Shown: positions 11,537-21,807 of the stretch, piece after piece
How positions within the stretch are numbered: position 1 is the stretch's first letter
Layout: each line of letters begins with the position of its first letter
NCBI GenBank assembly: GCA_965261005.1
Contig: OZ253375.1
Coordinates: forward strand, 32,001-96,000
From: Deinococcus sp.
GTDB lineage: Bacteria; Deinococcota; Deinococci; Deinococcales; Deinococcaceae
DNA: 64,000 nucleotides
Direction of reading: 5' to 3'
Notes under the pieces: generated by a model
Seen by the model: only the letters and a program-made list of their open reading frames with translations
Database searches by the model: none
What the model was told of the DNA's origin: nothing
Position numbers and translations under genes: made by a program

Positions 11537-12829
11537 TCAGCTTTCGTCCCCGGTATTTTCCTTTCCGGCGTGCAGCTCGCGCAGCTTTTGCCACCTGCCG
11601 CGCACGCGCTCTTCCCAGCCCTCGCCGGCGGCGGCGTAGAGCGCGGCGTCCTCCAGCCCCTCCGGCAAGTACCCCTGCGCGAAGCTGCCCTGTGGGTCGT
11701 CGAAGTAGTAGGCGTACCCTTGGCCATAACCTTGCGAGCGCATCAAGGCGGTCGGCGCGTTGCGCAGGTGGGGCGGCACCGGCCGCTGCTCGCCCCCGGC
11801 CAAGTCCAGCGCCCGCTTCCAAGCGGTGTAGACGCTGTTGCTCTTGGGCGCCAAGGCCAGGTAGACCGTCAGCTGCGCGAGCGCGAGGTCCCCCTCCGGG
11901 CTGCCCAAAAAGGCGGCGCTCTGCTGGGCGCTCACGGCCAGGCGCAGCGCCTGCGGGTCGGCCAGGCCGACGTCCTCACACGCCATGCGGACCAGGCGCC
12001 GCGCGACGTACTGGGCGTCCGCCCCGCCGGCGATCATGCGCGCCAGCCAGTACAGCGCCGCGTCGGGGTGCGAGCCGCGCACGCTCTTGTGCAGCGCGCT
12101 GATCAGGTTGTAAAAGTCCTCGCCGCCCTTGTCCATTGCGGGCAAGTGCTTGCCGTAAGCCTCGCTGACCAGCTCGGGCGTGATGGGATCACCGAGCGAG
12201 GCGGCGACCTCCAAGGTGCTCAAAGCGCGCCGGGCGTCGCCGTCCGAGAGGCGCGCGAGCAGGGCAAGGGTCGCCGGCTCGGCGACCGTGCTGGGCAAAC
12301 CGCGCGAATCGCTCAGGGCGCGTTCCAGCAGGGCGCGCACCTCCTCCTCTGTCAGCGGCTCCAGCACCAGCGTCCGGGCGCGCGAGCGCAGGGCCGGGTT
12401 CACCTCAAAGGAGGGGTTCTCGGTGGTCGCGCCGATCAGGGTCAAGAGGCCGCTTTCGACGTGCGGCAGCAAGGCGTCTTGCTGCGCCTTGTTGAAGCGG
12501 TGAATCTCGTCGAGGAACAGGATGGTCCGCTCGCCGCGCCCCCGGCGAAGCAGGGCCTCGTCCACGGCGGCCTTGACGTCGCGCACGCCGGCCGTGACCG
12601 CGCTGAGGGCGATGAAGTGGGCCTTGACGTATTGGGCCACCAGGCGCGCCAAGGTCGTCTTGCCCACCCCCGGCGGTCCCCACAGAATGAGGGAGTTCAA
12701 CCGTCCGCTTTCAAGTAAGCGCCGCAGCGGCTTGCCCGGCCCCAGCAGGTGTGCCTGCCCCGCCACCTCGTCCAAGTTGCGCGGGCGCATCCGCTCGGCC
12801 AGCGGGGCGGGCGGCTCGAAGAGGGTCAC
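11537..12829 (-). CDS. rarA: Replication-associated recombination protein A (MgsA/RarA)
   Basis: [45 protein letters not shown] start overlapping the dtd stop. Confidence 0.95.
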   Translation of the reverse strand: MTLFEPPAPLAERMRPRNLDEVAGQAHLLGPGKPLRRLLESGRLNSLILWGPPGVGKTTLARLVAQYVKAHFIALSAVTAGVRDVKAAVDEALLRRGRGERTILFLDEIHRFNKAQQDALLPHVESGLLTLIGATTENPSFEVNPALRSRARTLVLEPLTEEEVRALLERALSDSRGLPSTVAEPATLALLARLSDGDARRALSTLEVAASLGDPITPELVSEAYGKHLPAMDKGGEDFYNLISALHKSVRGSHPDAALYWLARMIAGGADAQYVARRLVRMACEDVGLADPQALRLAVSAQQSAAFLGSPEGDLALAQLTVYLALAPKSNSVYTAWKRALDLAGGEQRPVPPHLRNAPTALMRSQGYGQGYAYYFDDPQGSFAQGYLPEGLEDAALYAAAGEGWEERVRGRWQKLRELHAGKENTGDES

Positions 12830-13296
12830 GTCCCGGCCCGGTCCTGGCCAGCCCGGTCTTGGGTGTCCAGCCACAGCGTGACGGGGCCGTCGTTCACCAG
12901 CTCCACCCGCATGTCGGCGCCGAAGACGCCCTCTGCTACGGTCAGCCCGAAATCGCGCAGGGCCGCGTTGAAGGCTGCATAGAGCGCGCGGCCCAGCTCG
13001 GGTGGGGCGGCGCCCACGAAGCTGGGGCGGTTCCCGCGGCTGAGGTCGGCGTACAGCGTGAACTGCGAGACCGACAGCGCCGCGCCCCCTCTGTCGCGCA
13101 CGCTCAGGTTCATCTTGCCGGCCCCGTCGGCAAAGACGCGCAACTTGGCGATCTTCCCAGCCAATTGACGCGCCGTCTCCGGCGTGTCCCGCGGTCCCAC
13201 GCCCAGCAGGATCAGCAGCCCTGGCCCGACCTCCCCGACCAGCTCGCCGTCAACGCTCACGCTGGCGCGCGTCACCCGCTGAAGCAAGGCCCTCAA
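12826..13296 (-). CDS. dtd: D-aminoacyl-tRNA deacylase
   Basis: [34 protein letters not shown] start overlapping the upstream stop. Confidence 0.93.
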   Translation of the reverse strand: MRALLQRVTRASVSVDGELVGEVGPGLLILLGVGPRDTPETARQLAGKIAKLRVFADGAGKMNLSVRDRGGAALSVSQFTLYADLSRGNRPSFVGAAPPELGRALYAAFNAALRDFGLTVAEGVFGADMRVELVNDGPVTLWLDTQDRAGQDRAGT

Positions 13297-13553
13297 GACG
13301 CCAGCTTTTCCCGCACGGTGGCGATGGCCCCGCCCAGCAACTCTGCCTCGGTGAAGTCGAGGTTGCCGCGGGTCTTTTCGGCCAGCATGGTCAGGAGGGC
13401 CAGGCTGCGCTCTGCGGCGCGGCGGGCGCGCCCCGGGGTCTCGAAGACGCCGTCGCCGCGCGCCCGCGCCGTCAGGGCGGTGTGCTCGCCCAGCGCGGCC
13501 TCGGCGGTGGCGAGTAAGCTTTGCACCAAGCCGACGAACTCGGGGTTGGACAT
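13293..13553 (-). CDS. DUF1844-like protein
   Basis: F..LVQSL..AALG and [12 protein letters not shown] pattern; TATCCT-6nt-ATG. Confidence 0.8.
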   Translation of the reverse strand: MSNPEFVGLVQSLLATAEAALGEHTALTARARGDGVFETPGRARRAAERSLALLTMLAEKTRGNLDFTEAELLGGAIATVREKLAS

Positions 13554-13591
13554 GGGAGCAGGATATAGGCTGGTGGAAGTGGGAGACCCTG

Positions 13592-14011
13592 ATGACCGAT
13601 CCCCGAACCGTCTTGAGCACCTGGGCGAATCTGCCGAGCGAAGTCCGCGCCCTGGCCGCCCTCATCCAAACCGAGGCGCAGTACCAGGACGCCCTCGCCA
13701 CCTTCGAGGCGGTCTGGAACGAGGTGGGGGAGAGCGCCGATCACCCCCTGGGCAGTTTGTTCGAGCTGTTGCGCGACCGAATCGCGGCCTACGAGGAGCA
13801 GGTGTATCCCGTGCCACCCGCCCCGCCCCACCGCGTCCTGGCCTTTTTGATGGAGCAGCGGGGCATGAACCAGGTGGAGTTGGCCGAGGTGCTGGGGGTG
13901 ACTCAGGGCAGCGTCAGCCGCCTGCTGAACGGAAAGACGGCGCTCTCTTTGAAAGCGGTGCGGACGCTGGTGGCCCACTTTCACGTCGGTCCCGAGATAT
14001 TTCTCGCCTGA
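13592..14011 (+). CDS. HigA-type antitoxin / XRE HTH regulator, orphan
   Basis: [47 protein letters not shown]. Confidence 0.85.
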   Translation: MTDPRTVLSTWANLPSEVRALAALIQTEAQYQDALATFEAVWNEVGESADHPLGSLFELLRDRIAAYEEQVYPVPPAPPHRVLAFLMEQRGMNQVELAEVLGVTQGSVSRLLNGKTALSLKAVRTLVAHFHVGPEIFLA

Positions 14012-14651
14012 CCGCGCCGAAGTACATTGGGGCATGGAGCAAACCGAAGTCGTCCGCAAGCAGTACGGCACCCAGGACAAACTGCGCGCCCGCATCGAGA
14101 CGCACCAGAAATATACCGCCGGGCAGGACCTAGAGGCGGTGGTGGACGCGGCGCTGGCCTTGCGGGGAGACGAAAGCCTGTTGGACGTCGGCAGCGGGCC
14201 GGGGGACTTTCCGGGGCGGCTGTGGGCGGGCGGGCACGCCGGGCGCCTGGTCGGGCTGGACCAGTCGGCGGGCATGGTGGAGGCGGCGCTCAGCAAGCAC
14301 CCAGACGTGGAGTTCGTGCGGGGCGACGTGCAACACCTCCCCTTCGGGGACGCGATGTTCGACGTGCTGACGGCGCGGCACATGCTCTACCACGTGCCGG
14401 ACATCGCGGCGGCGCTCTCCGAGTTTCGCCGGGTGCTGAGGCCGGGCGGGCGCTTTCTGGCGGTGACGAACGTCAGCGACAACCTGCGCGGTCTCAAGGG
14501 GGCGATGGGGGAGGCCGCACAAAAGGTCAACTTTGACGTGCCGGACAACGAGCTGAGCGCCGACCTGGGACGCTTTTCCGAAAAAGAAGCCGGTTTGGTC
14601 GAGCGAGCCTTCGGCAACGCCCGGGTCGAGTTGGTGGACAGCGCGCTGGTC

Positions 14652-15816
14652 CTCAGTACCCGACAGGTAGGGTCGGTGGCATCTGAAGGGCCGGGAAGAG
14701 GAGGGCCAGACAAGACCTGGCGCGCTCAAGGTTCCACTTGAGGGCGTCCACAAGCAGATCGAGGCCGGTCAGGAAGGTGCTCTTGGCTTTGCGCCCGTGC
14801 GTTTTGAGCCGTACGGGCGCCTCTTGTTCCCGCACCAGACCGACCAGCAGCGCCCAGACGAAGGCGACCGTGAGCAAGCTGACCAGCGTTTCGATGCGGG
14901 CAGGGTCGGTCATGTGGGTCGCCTCCAGATTGAGGCCGCGCAGTTTGTAAGCGCCGAAGGTGCATTCGATGGACCAGCGCGACCGGTAGCGCTCACAGGT
15001 GTCGAACAGCGAGAGGTCCGAAGCGATCACAACGCGCTCACCTTCGCTGGACAGTGTGGCAACCACCTGCATCTCAGCGCCGTAGACCACCTCTTTGTCG
15101 AGCAGGCCGCGCACCTCGCCGGGCGTCAGGTGTGCAAAGGCGTCTCGAACCGCGATGTCATCGAGCAGGGTGTCCTCACGAATGCGGATGCAGCGCTTGA
15201 GCCGTCGTTGTTCCAGGGCCGCGAACCAGTCTTTGCCCACGAACTCACGGTCGGCCAGCAGCACCGCAATGCGCTGTGCGGGAATGACGCTCAGCAGCCG
15301 GTCGAGCAGCGCGATGCGCGCGGCAGTCGAACTGGCGCCGCCGTGGTCCAGCACGTCCCACACCAAGGGGAGAGCGTAGCCAGCAAACACCGCCCCAATC
15401 ACCAAGATGTTGTGATCATATTGCCCATAGCGCCAGTTGGTGCGGTCCATCGCGAGCGTCAACTTGCCGCTCCCCAACAGCGGCAGGATCAGTTGGGCGG
15501 CCTCGTGCTGAGTGAAGGTCGCTGCGGCGAAGAAGCGGGCGACGCGACGTTCTTTGCTTTCGGGTCGGGCGTCACCCGGCAAGTGCTGAGCGAGTTTGCG
15601 GTGAGTGACGTGCTGGGCGTGGACGGTAGCGAGCAACATATCGGCGAGACGAGCGCGCTGGTCAGAGCGGCGTCCGGGCAGGTGTTGCGCGACGAGCGCG
15701 CGCAGGGTAGCGTCAGTGGTGCCGGGGGGCTGGGTACTCATCAACCACAGTTTGCCCCGGCTCTGCTGTCTCTCCTCGTGTCACACAACCTTTAGACCTT
15801 CCTGTCGGGTACTGAG
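14652..15816 (-). mobile_element. IS4-family insertion sequence, 1165 bp
   Basis: 16-bp perfect TIR CTCAGTACCCGACAGG; 9-bp TSD GCGCTGGTC at 14643-14651 and 15817-15825. Confidence 0.95.
14653..15744 (-). CDS. IS4-family DDE transposase
   Basis: LAMDRTNW, LLADREF, YRSRWSIECTFGAYK (YREK signature), LEATH; stop codon lies inside the TIR. Confidence 0.94.
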   Translation of the reverse strand: MMSTQPPGTTDATLRALVAQHLPGRRSDQRARLADMLLATVHAQHVTHRKLAQHLPGDARPESKERRVARFFAAATFTQHEAAQLILPLLGSGKLTLAMDRTNWRYGQYDHNILVIGAVFAGYALPLVWDVLDHGGASSTAARIALLDRLLSVIPAQRIAVLLADREFVGKDWFAALEQRRLKRCIRIREDTLLDDIAVRDAFAHLTPGEVRGLLDKEVVYGAEMQVVATLSSEGERVVIASDLSLFDTCERYRSRWSIECTFGAYKLRGLNLEATHMTDPARIETLVSLLTVAFVWALLVGLVREQEAPVRLKTHGRKAKSTFLTGLDLLVDALKWNLERARSCLALLFPALQMPPTLPVGY

Positions 15817-16005
15817 GCGCTGGTCTTTCCGGGCGCGCTATCGGTCCTGCCCTACTTCGAGTCCACCGCCATGTTCGACCGGGCGCCCGATCAAGAAAGC
15901 TTCCGCGAGGCGTTTTTGCAGGTCTTGCGGCCCCACTTCCAAGACGGCCCGTGGCGGGTCTCCAAGCGCGCAGTGCTGATCTCGGCCACAGCCTAGAACA
16001 TCTGG

Positions 16006-16641
16006 CTAAAACAGCTGGCCCTGCTCACTTTCCGCCACTTGGCCCGGCGGCGTGAACCGCCCGTCCAGAAACGCCCTCACTTCCTGAATGTCGCGCCAGG
16101 TCAGGCTTTTGGGGCTGCCGGGGGCGCGGCCGTCTTGGCGCAGCAGGTAGGCCGGGTGGAACATTGGCACCAGCCAAGCGTCCCAACCGCCCGCCGCGTT
16201 GTGGTAGGGGTGCCACCTGCCGCGCAGCTTGGTGACGCCCAGGGTGGTGCTCAGCAGATGCTGGGCGGCGGTGTTGCCGAGGGCCAGGATGACCTGCGGG
16301 CGCAAGAGGGCCAGTTGTGGGACGAACCAGCGCCCACAGGCGGCGACCTCGCTTGGCTGCGGGGTGCGGTTGCCGGGGGGGCGGCACTTGACGACGTTGG
16401 TGACGTAACACTCGGCGCGCGGCAAGCTCGCCGCCGCCAGAATTCTGTCCAGTAGCTGTCCACCTTGGCCCACGAAGGGCTTGCCCACGCGGTCCTCGTC
16501 GCCGCCAGGACCCTCGCCCACGATCAGGACGCGCGCCGCCGGGTCGCCGTCGTCGAAGACGACTTGGGTGCGCGAGCGGGACAGCGCGCAGGCGGGGCAG
16601 CCGCTCGCCTCCTCGCGCAAGATGGCGAGAGCTTCGTTCAA
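16006..16641 (-). CDS. udg: Uracil-DNA glycosylase, family 4
   Basis: [37 protein letters not shown]. Confidence 0.93.
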   Translation of the reverse strand: MNEALAILREEASGCPACALSRSRTQVVFDDGDPAARVLIVGEGPGGDEDRVGKPFVGQGGQLLDRILAAASLPRAECYVTNVVKCRPPGNRTPQPSEVAACGRWFVPQLALLRPQVILALGNTAAQHLLSTTLGVTKLRGRWHPYHNAAGGWDAWLVPMFHPAYLLRQDGRAPGSPKSLTWRDIQEVRAFLDGRFTPPGQVAESEQGQLF

Positions 16642-17024
16642 ACGCCGCCGGCCGCCGGCGCTTCCTTCAGCTTGGGCCGGGCGCTGCGCGCCTCGCGGCG
16701 GCGCTTGGGGTCGAGGCCGGCCATCAGGAAGAAGTTCTCAAGGGCGTTTTCGCGGCCCTTGACGTCGGCGTGTTCAAACTCGGCCGTGCCGGTCACGAAG
16801 GGCAGCGCGCGGTACAGCGCGAGCGCCTTGTCGAGCACCTCGTCGGGGGCGATTTGCTCGGCGTGCTGGGCGAGTTCGGCGTAGACCGCGCGCCGCGCCT
16901 CGGCGTGCTGCGTAAAGGCCTGAGGATGCGGCGTCTCGGGGGCGCGCAGCAAGTCTTGGCGCGCGATGCGGCGGTAGTGCTTGAGGCCCTGCACGATCTG
17001 CTCGGTGGTCAGCGTTTCCTTGAT
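16638..17024 (-). CDS. Hypothetical protein; start uncertain, possibly ATC
   Basis: GC-rich ORF overlapping the udg start; GGAGG 6 nt upstream of an in-frame ATC. Confidence 0.7.
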   Translation of the reverse strand: MKETLTTEQIVQGLKHYRRIARQDLLRAPETPHPQAFTQHAEARRAVYAELAQHAEQIAPDEVLDKALALYRALPFVTGTAEFEHADVKGRENALENFFLMAGLDPKRRREARSARPKLKEAPAAGGV

Positions 17025-17230
17025 GAGGCACCTCCAGAAGTTCGGCTTTGACCGCGATTTCCGGCAGTATAGCCAGTCCGGGTTGAGGCCGGATAAAGCG
17101 TGAGCAACATGAAAACTATCCGGCCGGTCAAGGAATAACGGACGCATAAATTCCGCATAGGCGCATAAAAAATGCCCAACTGACGAAGTATTAAGGTTTT
17201 TTTAAAAAGTGGATGGTAAACTTCACCGCA

Positions 17231-17863
17231 ATGAAGGCCATTCAGGGTTTTCTGCTGGCCGGGGCGCTGCTGATCTCTGGGGCCGCCGCCGAAACCTACA
17301 CCGTCAAGGCGGGCGACACGGTCTACAGCGTTTCACGCGCCCACAACCTCGACCCCGAGGAACTGCTGAAGCTCAACAAGCTCAGCTCCGCGACCATTCA
17401 AGTCGGTCAAAAGCTGGAGGTGGGCGCGGCGCCGAAAGCGGTGAGCGCGCCCCAGGCAGTTCCACAGCGGGTGGCCCCCAAAACGACAACACATCAGGGC
17501 GGCATCGTGCGAACGGCCGCCCTGCGCTTTTTGGGGATCGCCTACCACTTGGGTTCCACCGGGGGCGGCGCCCTGGACTGCTCGGCCTTTACCCGCAGTG
17601 TGATGGCCCAACTGGGCGTGCGGTTGCCGCGCACCTCGCGCGAGCAATATGGCAGCGGCTCGCCGGTGGCGCGCGGCGACCTGCGCGCCGGCGACCTGAT
17701 CTTTTTCAACACCCTCGGCCGGGGCGTGTCGCACGTCGGCATCTACTTGGGCGGCGGCCAATTCGCGCACGCCAACTCCTACCTCGGCCGCTCGGTGATC
17801 GAGGACCTGGGCGTGGCCTACTACAGCGCGCGCTACGTGGGCGCGCGCCGGGTCCTGCCATAA
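17231..17863 (+). CDS. LysM + NlpC/P60 cell-wall endopeptidase
   Basis: Signal peptide; YTVKAGDTVYSVSR LysM; LDCSAFT, LPRTSREQ, GDLIFF, SHVGIYLG. Confidence 0.93.
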   Translation: MKAIQGFLLAGALLISGAAAETYTVKAGDTVYSVSRAHNLDPEELLKLNKLSSATIQVGQKLEVGAAPKAVSAPQAVPQRVAPKTTTHQGGIVRTAALRFLGIAYHLGSTGGGALDCSAFTRSVMAQLGVRLPRTSREQYGSGSPVARGDLRAGDLIFFNTLGRGVSHVGIYLGGGQFAHANSYLGRSVIEDLGVAYYSARYVGARRVLP

Positions 17864-17867
17864 CGCG

Positions 17868-18536
17868 TCAGCGCCGGACAACCTCGGCGTCTGCGGGCAG
17901 CGCGCGCAGCTTGGCGGCGCTGAGGCCCTGGTTGGTCTTGTACCCGGTGATGCTGAGGTCGGAGACGACCTTGCCGGCGCCGCTCACGGCCTGCACGCGC
18001 ACCGGGCGCCAGCCCTGATCGGTGATGTACACTCGGCTCAGGTCTGTGCCGCCGCCCTTCGGCGTGGCCTGAAGGACATAAACCGTGGCCGCCCCGCTCT
18101 TGCTGCTGCTGAGCAGCTTGGTGTCGAAGTTCTTGCTCAGCAGTGCGGTCGCGTCGCTCAGCTGCGAAAAGTCCACCCCCACGCCCCCCGCGCCGGCGGC
18201 CTTCGCGTCCTGCACGATCACCTGATTGGTCAGAAACAGGTAGTTCGAGACGGTGTTTTTGTCGGCGACCACCACGTTGTCGGCGAGGGCGTTCGGCGCG
18301 TTGAAGTTGATGCGCGCCAAGCTTTGGGCCGGGATGGCCCGCACGTCGAGGTCGATGTTCTGCGGCCCGCTCTCCAAATTGGCGGTACCGCTCACCTTGA
18401 AGCTGAGGTCCTTGACGCCCTTTTGGGCGGCCGTCACCTTGGCGATAATGCTGTCGGCGGTCTGAGACGCCGCACCTTGGGCAAACGCCGGCCCGAACAG
18501 CGTCAGGGCCAACGAAAAAAGCAGTACGTTCTTCAC
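17868..18536 (-). CDS. LolA-like outer-membrane lipoprotein carrier protein
   Basis: Signal peptide; beta-rich RINFNAPNALADNVVV..NYLFLTNQV. Confidence 0.7.
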   Translation of the reverse strand: MKNVLLFSLALTLFGPAFAQGAASQTADSIIAKVTAAQKGVKDLSFKVSGTANLESGPQNIDLDVRAIPAQSLARINFNAPNALADNVVVADKNTVSNYLFLTNQVIVQDAKAAGAGGVGVDFSQLSDATALLSKNFDTKLLSSSKSGAATVYVLQATPKGGGTDLSRVYITDQGWRPVRVQAVSGAGKVVSDLSITGYKTNQGLSAAKLRALPADAEVVRR

Positions 18537-18624
18537 GTAAAACAGTATGCCGCCCGCTCTCATGAGAAGGGCGCCGGGCGGCTGACGGGCGGCTCACCCG
18601 CTCGGGGTGTTGCAAATCAGGTAC

Positions 18625-19476
18625 TCAAAAATTGCCCAGCGGCAAGCTATAGTCCACCCGCAGGCCGGCCTGGGCCGTGCCGGCGCGCACGGCGGTGTTC
18701 AGGGTGCCGCCGCCGAGAGGAAGCGCCACTTCCAAGCCGTAGCGCAGCGGCTCGTAGTCAATTCTCCACGGCTCAAAAGCGACGTAGGCGCGTGCGTTCG
18801 AGCCGGCGCCCAGCGGATCCGCAAGCGCCAAGCTGGCGACCACGCCGCTGCCCTGCGGGCCGAGCAGCGCGTCGGCGGCGAAGGTCAGGTTGGCGCGGCG
18901 CACGCTGGCGCCGGCGGTCACGGCGGCCAGCTGTTCCCCCGTCCGCACCCCCGCGCGCAGGCTCAGGTCCCCCCGCAAAAACTCCAGGCCCGCCGCGACG
19001 TTGGGCTGCACGCCCGCGTGGCCGCTGGCGAGCAGCAACACGCCACGCTGCACCCGGTAGCGCAGCGTGGCGTCCAGCGAGGCGCCCGCGCCGGTCAGGT
19101 TGGCCCCCGCTTGGCTGAGGGTCACCAAGGGATCGAAGACGTTCAGCGGCGCCGACCACGCCAGGGCGTCCGCGTTCAGGGCGATGGGGCCGAGGGTGCC
19201 GCCGCCGCCCAGCGCCAAGCGCGAGCCGCCCTGAAAGGCGGAGGCGACGTTCGCCCGCGCGCTCAGGGTGCCGAAGACGGAGAAGTTCAGGCGCGCCGAG
19301 TAGCCGAAGTCGAGGGCGCGGTTGCTGACCCCGAAGCTGACCTGACCGCCCAGCAAATCCAGGCCCGAAACGCCTGCGCGCACGTTCGGCCCGCTGGCCG
19401 CGCGCAAATCGAGTTGGGCGGCCGAGGCCGCGCCGCCCAAAAGAACGGCGCAGGCGAGCGCGCGAAGGTGAATCAT
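18625..19476 (-). CDS. Exported beta-rich protein, possibly outer membrane
   Basis: Signal peptide, alternating beta-strand pattern, C-terminal Phe. Confidence 0.7.
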   Translation of the reverse strand: MIHLRALACAVLLGGAASAAQLDLRAASGPNVRAGVSGLDLLGGQVSFGVSNRALDFGYSARLNFSVFGTLSARANVASAFQGGSRLALGGGGTLGPIALNADALAWSAPLNVFDPLVTLSQAGANLTGAGASLDATLRYRVQRGVLLLASGHAGVQPNVAAGLEFLRGDLSLRAGVRTGEQLAAVTAGASVRRANLTFAADALLGPQGSGVVASLALADPLGAGSNARAYVAFEPWRIDYEPLRYGLEVALPLGGGTLNTAVRAGTAQAGLRVDYSLPLGNF

Positions 19477-19568
19477 AAGTCAGCCTAACAGGCGCGCGCC
19501 CGGGGGCGGCTCACGTCGTCTTAAGCGAATCCGCGCCATCCGTCCCGGCGCTTTTGTAGACTCGGCGC

Positions 19569-20087
19569 ATGGCCGTGTCCTTTTTCCCTGCGTCTTTGTT
19601 CTTCGCGCGCCTGCTGGCATTGCCGCTGGCCCTCACGCTGGCCGCCTGCGCGCCGCGCGCCGCCGTCGTGCAGGTGCCCGAGTACCGAATTGTGCGGACG
19701 CGCCTGACCAGCTTGACGCTGCCGGGAGCGGGCGGCCCCGCCACCGCCACCCTCTCCCTGCAACTGCTGGTGAGAAACCCCAACCCCTACCCGATTCGCC
19801 TCGCGCGCGCCGGGGGACGCTTTTTTCTGGACGGCAACGACGTGGGCGGCGTGGAGCTGCCCAACATCGATCTGCCCTCCGGGCGGCAAGTCGAGCAGGA
19901 GGCCCTCCTGAGCCTGCCCATCACCTTTGCCAATTTGGGCGAGTTCGTGCGGGTAGCGCGTGGCGAGGCGGTCAGCTACCGGGTGGACGGGTCATTCACG
20001 GTGGACGCGGGCCTGTTCGGCCAGCCGTCCTTCGGCCCCTACACCTTGTCGCAGGGTGTGATCAAGCAGCCCAAGATCTTGCCGTGA
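19569..20087 (+). CDS. LEA type 2 (WHy) family lipoprotein
   Basis: LAAC lipobox; VRNPNPYPI motif; TAGACT-6nt-ATG. Confidence 0.85.
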   Translation: MAVSFFPASLFFARLLALPLALTLAACAPRAAVVQVPEYRIVRTRLTSLTLPGAGGPATATLSLQLLVRNPNPYPIRLARAGGRFFLDGNDVGGVELPNIDLPSGRQVEQEALLSLPITFANLGEFVRVARGEAVSYRVDGSFTVDAGLFGQPSFGPYTLSQGVIKQPKILP

Positions 20088-20088
20088 T

Positions 20089-21291
20089 GTGGTTGGCGTG
20101 ACGTGGGCCGGGGTGTGGGCCTACCGACCTGAAGGGCCGCTGCGGGGCGTCCCAGGCGGGCCGCTGTCGGGCCTCACCTTCAGCGCCAAGGACTTGTACG
20201 GCGTGCCGGGCTGGCCGCTGCGCGCGGGTAGCCGCGCCGCGCTGCCAAGGGTGGCGGAAAGCGAGTTGGTGCGGCGCGGCTTGGCGGCGGGGGCGGACCT
20301 CCTCGGCAGCACCCAGCTGCACGAGATCGCCCTCGGCATCACCGGCAGCAACGCCTACGGCGGCACGCCCAACCCGCTCGACCCAGCGCGGGTGGCGGGC
20401 GGCTCCAGCGGCGGCGCGGCAGCTTCTGTGGCGACGGGCCAGGTGGACTTCGCCCTCGGCACCGACACGGGCGGCTCGGTGCGCGTTCCCGCCAGCTGGT
20501 GTGGGGTGTGGGGCTTCAAGCCGACCTACGGCCTGTATCCGCTGGCGGGGGCGCTCCCGCTGAGCGCGACCTGCGACCACGCCGGCACTCTGGCGCGGGG
20601 GGTAGGCACGCTGGCGCGGATCCACCGGGCAGTGACCGGGCAGGCCGTGGGAACGGCCGGTTGGAGCGGCCAGCGGGTGGGGCTGTGGAACGTGCCGGCG
20701 TGGTGCGCGCCGGGAACCTGGGCCGAGCTGGAGCGCTTCGCGCGGGACCTGGAGGCGCGCGGCGCGAGCCTGGGGCGCTTCGACTTTCCGGACGTGCTGG
20801 ACAGCTACACGCCCATCGTGCTGAGCGAGGCGGCGGCCGTCCACCGAGCCGAGCTGTCGCGCCCGGCCCCCGGCTTCGGCGCGGGGACGCTGGCGCTGCT
20901 GCGGCGGGGCCAGGCCCTGACGCAAGGGGAGCTGACGGCCGCGCGGAAGCGCCGCGAAGCGTTGCGAGCAGCGTTGGTCGCCCTGTTTGACCAGTTCGAC
21001 CTGCTGCTGGCCCCGGCGGTGCCGGACGTGGCGCCCCTGATTGGGCAAGACGAGCTGGACTTGCCCGGTGGTTCGGTCCCGCTCAGACAAGTTCAGCTCA
21101 GGCAAGTCCCGCTCAGACAAGCCGTGCTGCGCCTCACCGCCCCTTGGAGCTTGCTGGGCGCGCCCACCTTGGCCGCGCCGCTGCCGCTGCGCGCCCTCTC
21201 GCTGGGCGCGCAATTGATCGCCCCGTGGGGGGCGGACGCCGACCTGCTGGCCCTCGGCTTGGCCTTAAACGAGCCGGAGGAGAACCCATGA
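20089..21291 (+). CDS. Amidase signature family enzyme
   Basis: GPLSGLTFSAKD, GGSSGGAAA, LGTDTGGSVRVPA, GFKPTYG; start approximate. Confidence 0.92.
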   Translation: MVGVTWAGVWAYRPEGPLRGVPGGPLSGLTFSAKDLYGVPGWPLRAGSRAALPRVAESELVRRGLAAGADLLGSTQLHEIALGITGSNAYGGTPNPLDPARVAGGSSGGAAASVATGQVDFALGTDTGGSVRVPASWCGVWGFKPTYGLYPLAGALPLSATCDHAGTLARGVGTLARIHRAVTGQAVGTAGWSGQRVGLWNVPAWCAPGTWAELERFARDLEARGASLGRFDFPDVLDSYTPIVLSEAAAVHRAELSRPAPGFGAGTLALLRRGQALTQGELTAARKRREALRAALVALFDQFDLLLAPAVPDVAPLIGQDELDLPGGSVPLRQVQLRQVPLRQAVLRLTAPWSLLGAPTLAAPLPLRALSLGAQLIAPWGADADLLALGLALNEPEENP

Positions 21292-21743
21292 AGCTCTGTT
21301 CGATCAAGCGCGCCGGTCTGACCTTACTGGCCCCGACCTTGCTGGCCCTCTCGCTGCCGGGCGCCTCGGCCGCGTCCTGGTGGGGCGGCGTGGAGCTGTC
21401 CTCGCTGGCGCGCGACGTCTACGCCGGCGTGGGGCTGCTGCCGCTGGCGGCGGTCGGCACGCTGGGCGTGCAAGGGGAGTTGGCGCAAGTGAACGGCGCG
21501 GCAGGGGGTGGCGGGGCGGGCACGGTCTTTTCGCTGGGGGTCACGCTGCGCGACGTCCACCTGCCGGGCACGGGCCTCGACGCCTTTGTGGGCGCGGGTT
21601 TCACCTTTGCGAATACCGTCCCGTACCTGGAGGGCGGTGTGCGCGCGCCGCTCGCGGGACCGCTGGGCGTGCAGGCCAAGCTGCGGACCTTTCCGCGCGG
21701 CGGGGGGCTGCGCGTCAGCGTGGGGGCCGAGCTGCGGTTTTAA
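21288..21743 (+). CDS. Small exported beta-barrel-like protein
   Basis: GGAGG RBS, ATGA overlap, signal peptide, C-terminal ELRF. Confidence 0.7.
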   Translation: MKLCSIKRAGLTLLAPTLLALSLPGASAASWWGGVELSSLARDVYAGVGLLPLAAVGTLGVQGELAQVNGAAGGGGAGTVFSLGVTLRDVHLPGTGLDAFVGAGFTFANTVPYLEGGVRAPLAGPLGVQAKLRTFPRGGGLRVSVGAELRF

Positions 21744-21807
21744 GGGTGCCAAAGGCTTCGGTCACTTAAAGCCGCCGCCCCGCAAAAGGCGCCATACTGA
21801 ACGCGCT

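Larger units (their letters stand above)
14034..15996 (+). pseudogene. Class I SAM methyltransferase interrupted by an IS
   Basis: LLDVGSGPG, GLDQSAGM, HMLYHVPD; joining 14034-14651 to 15826-15996 restores a 262-aa ORF ending RVSKRAVLISATA*. Confidence 0.92.
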
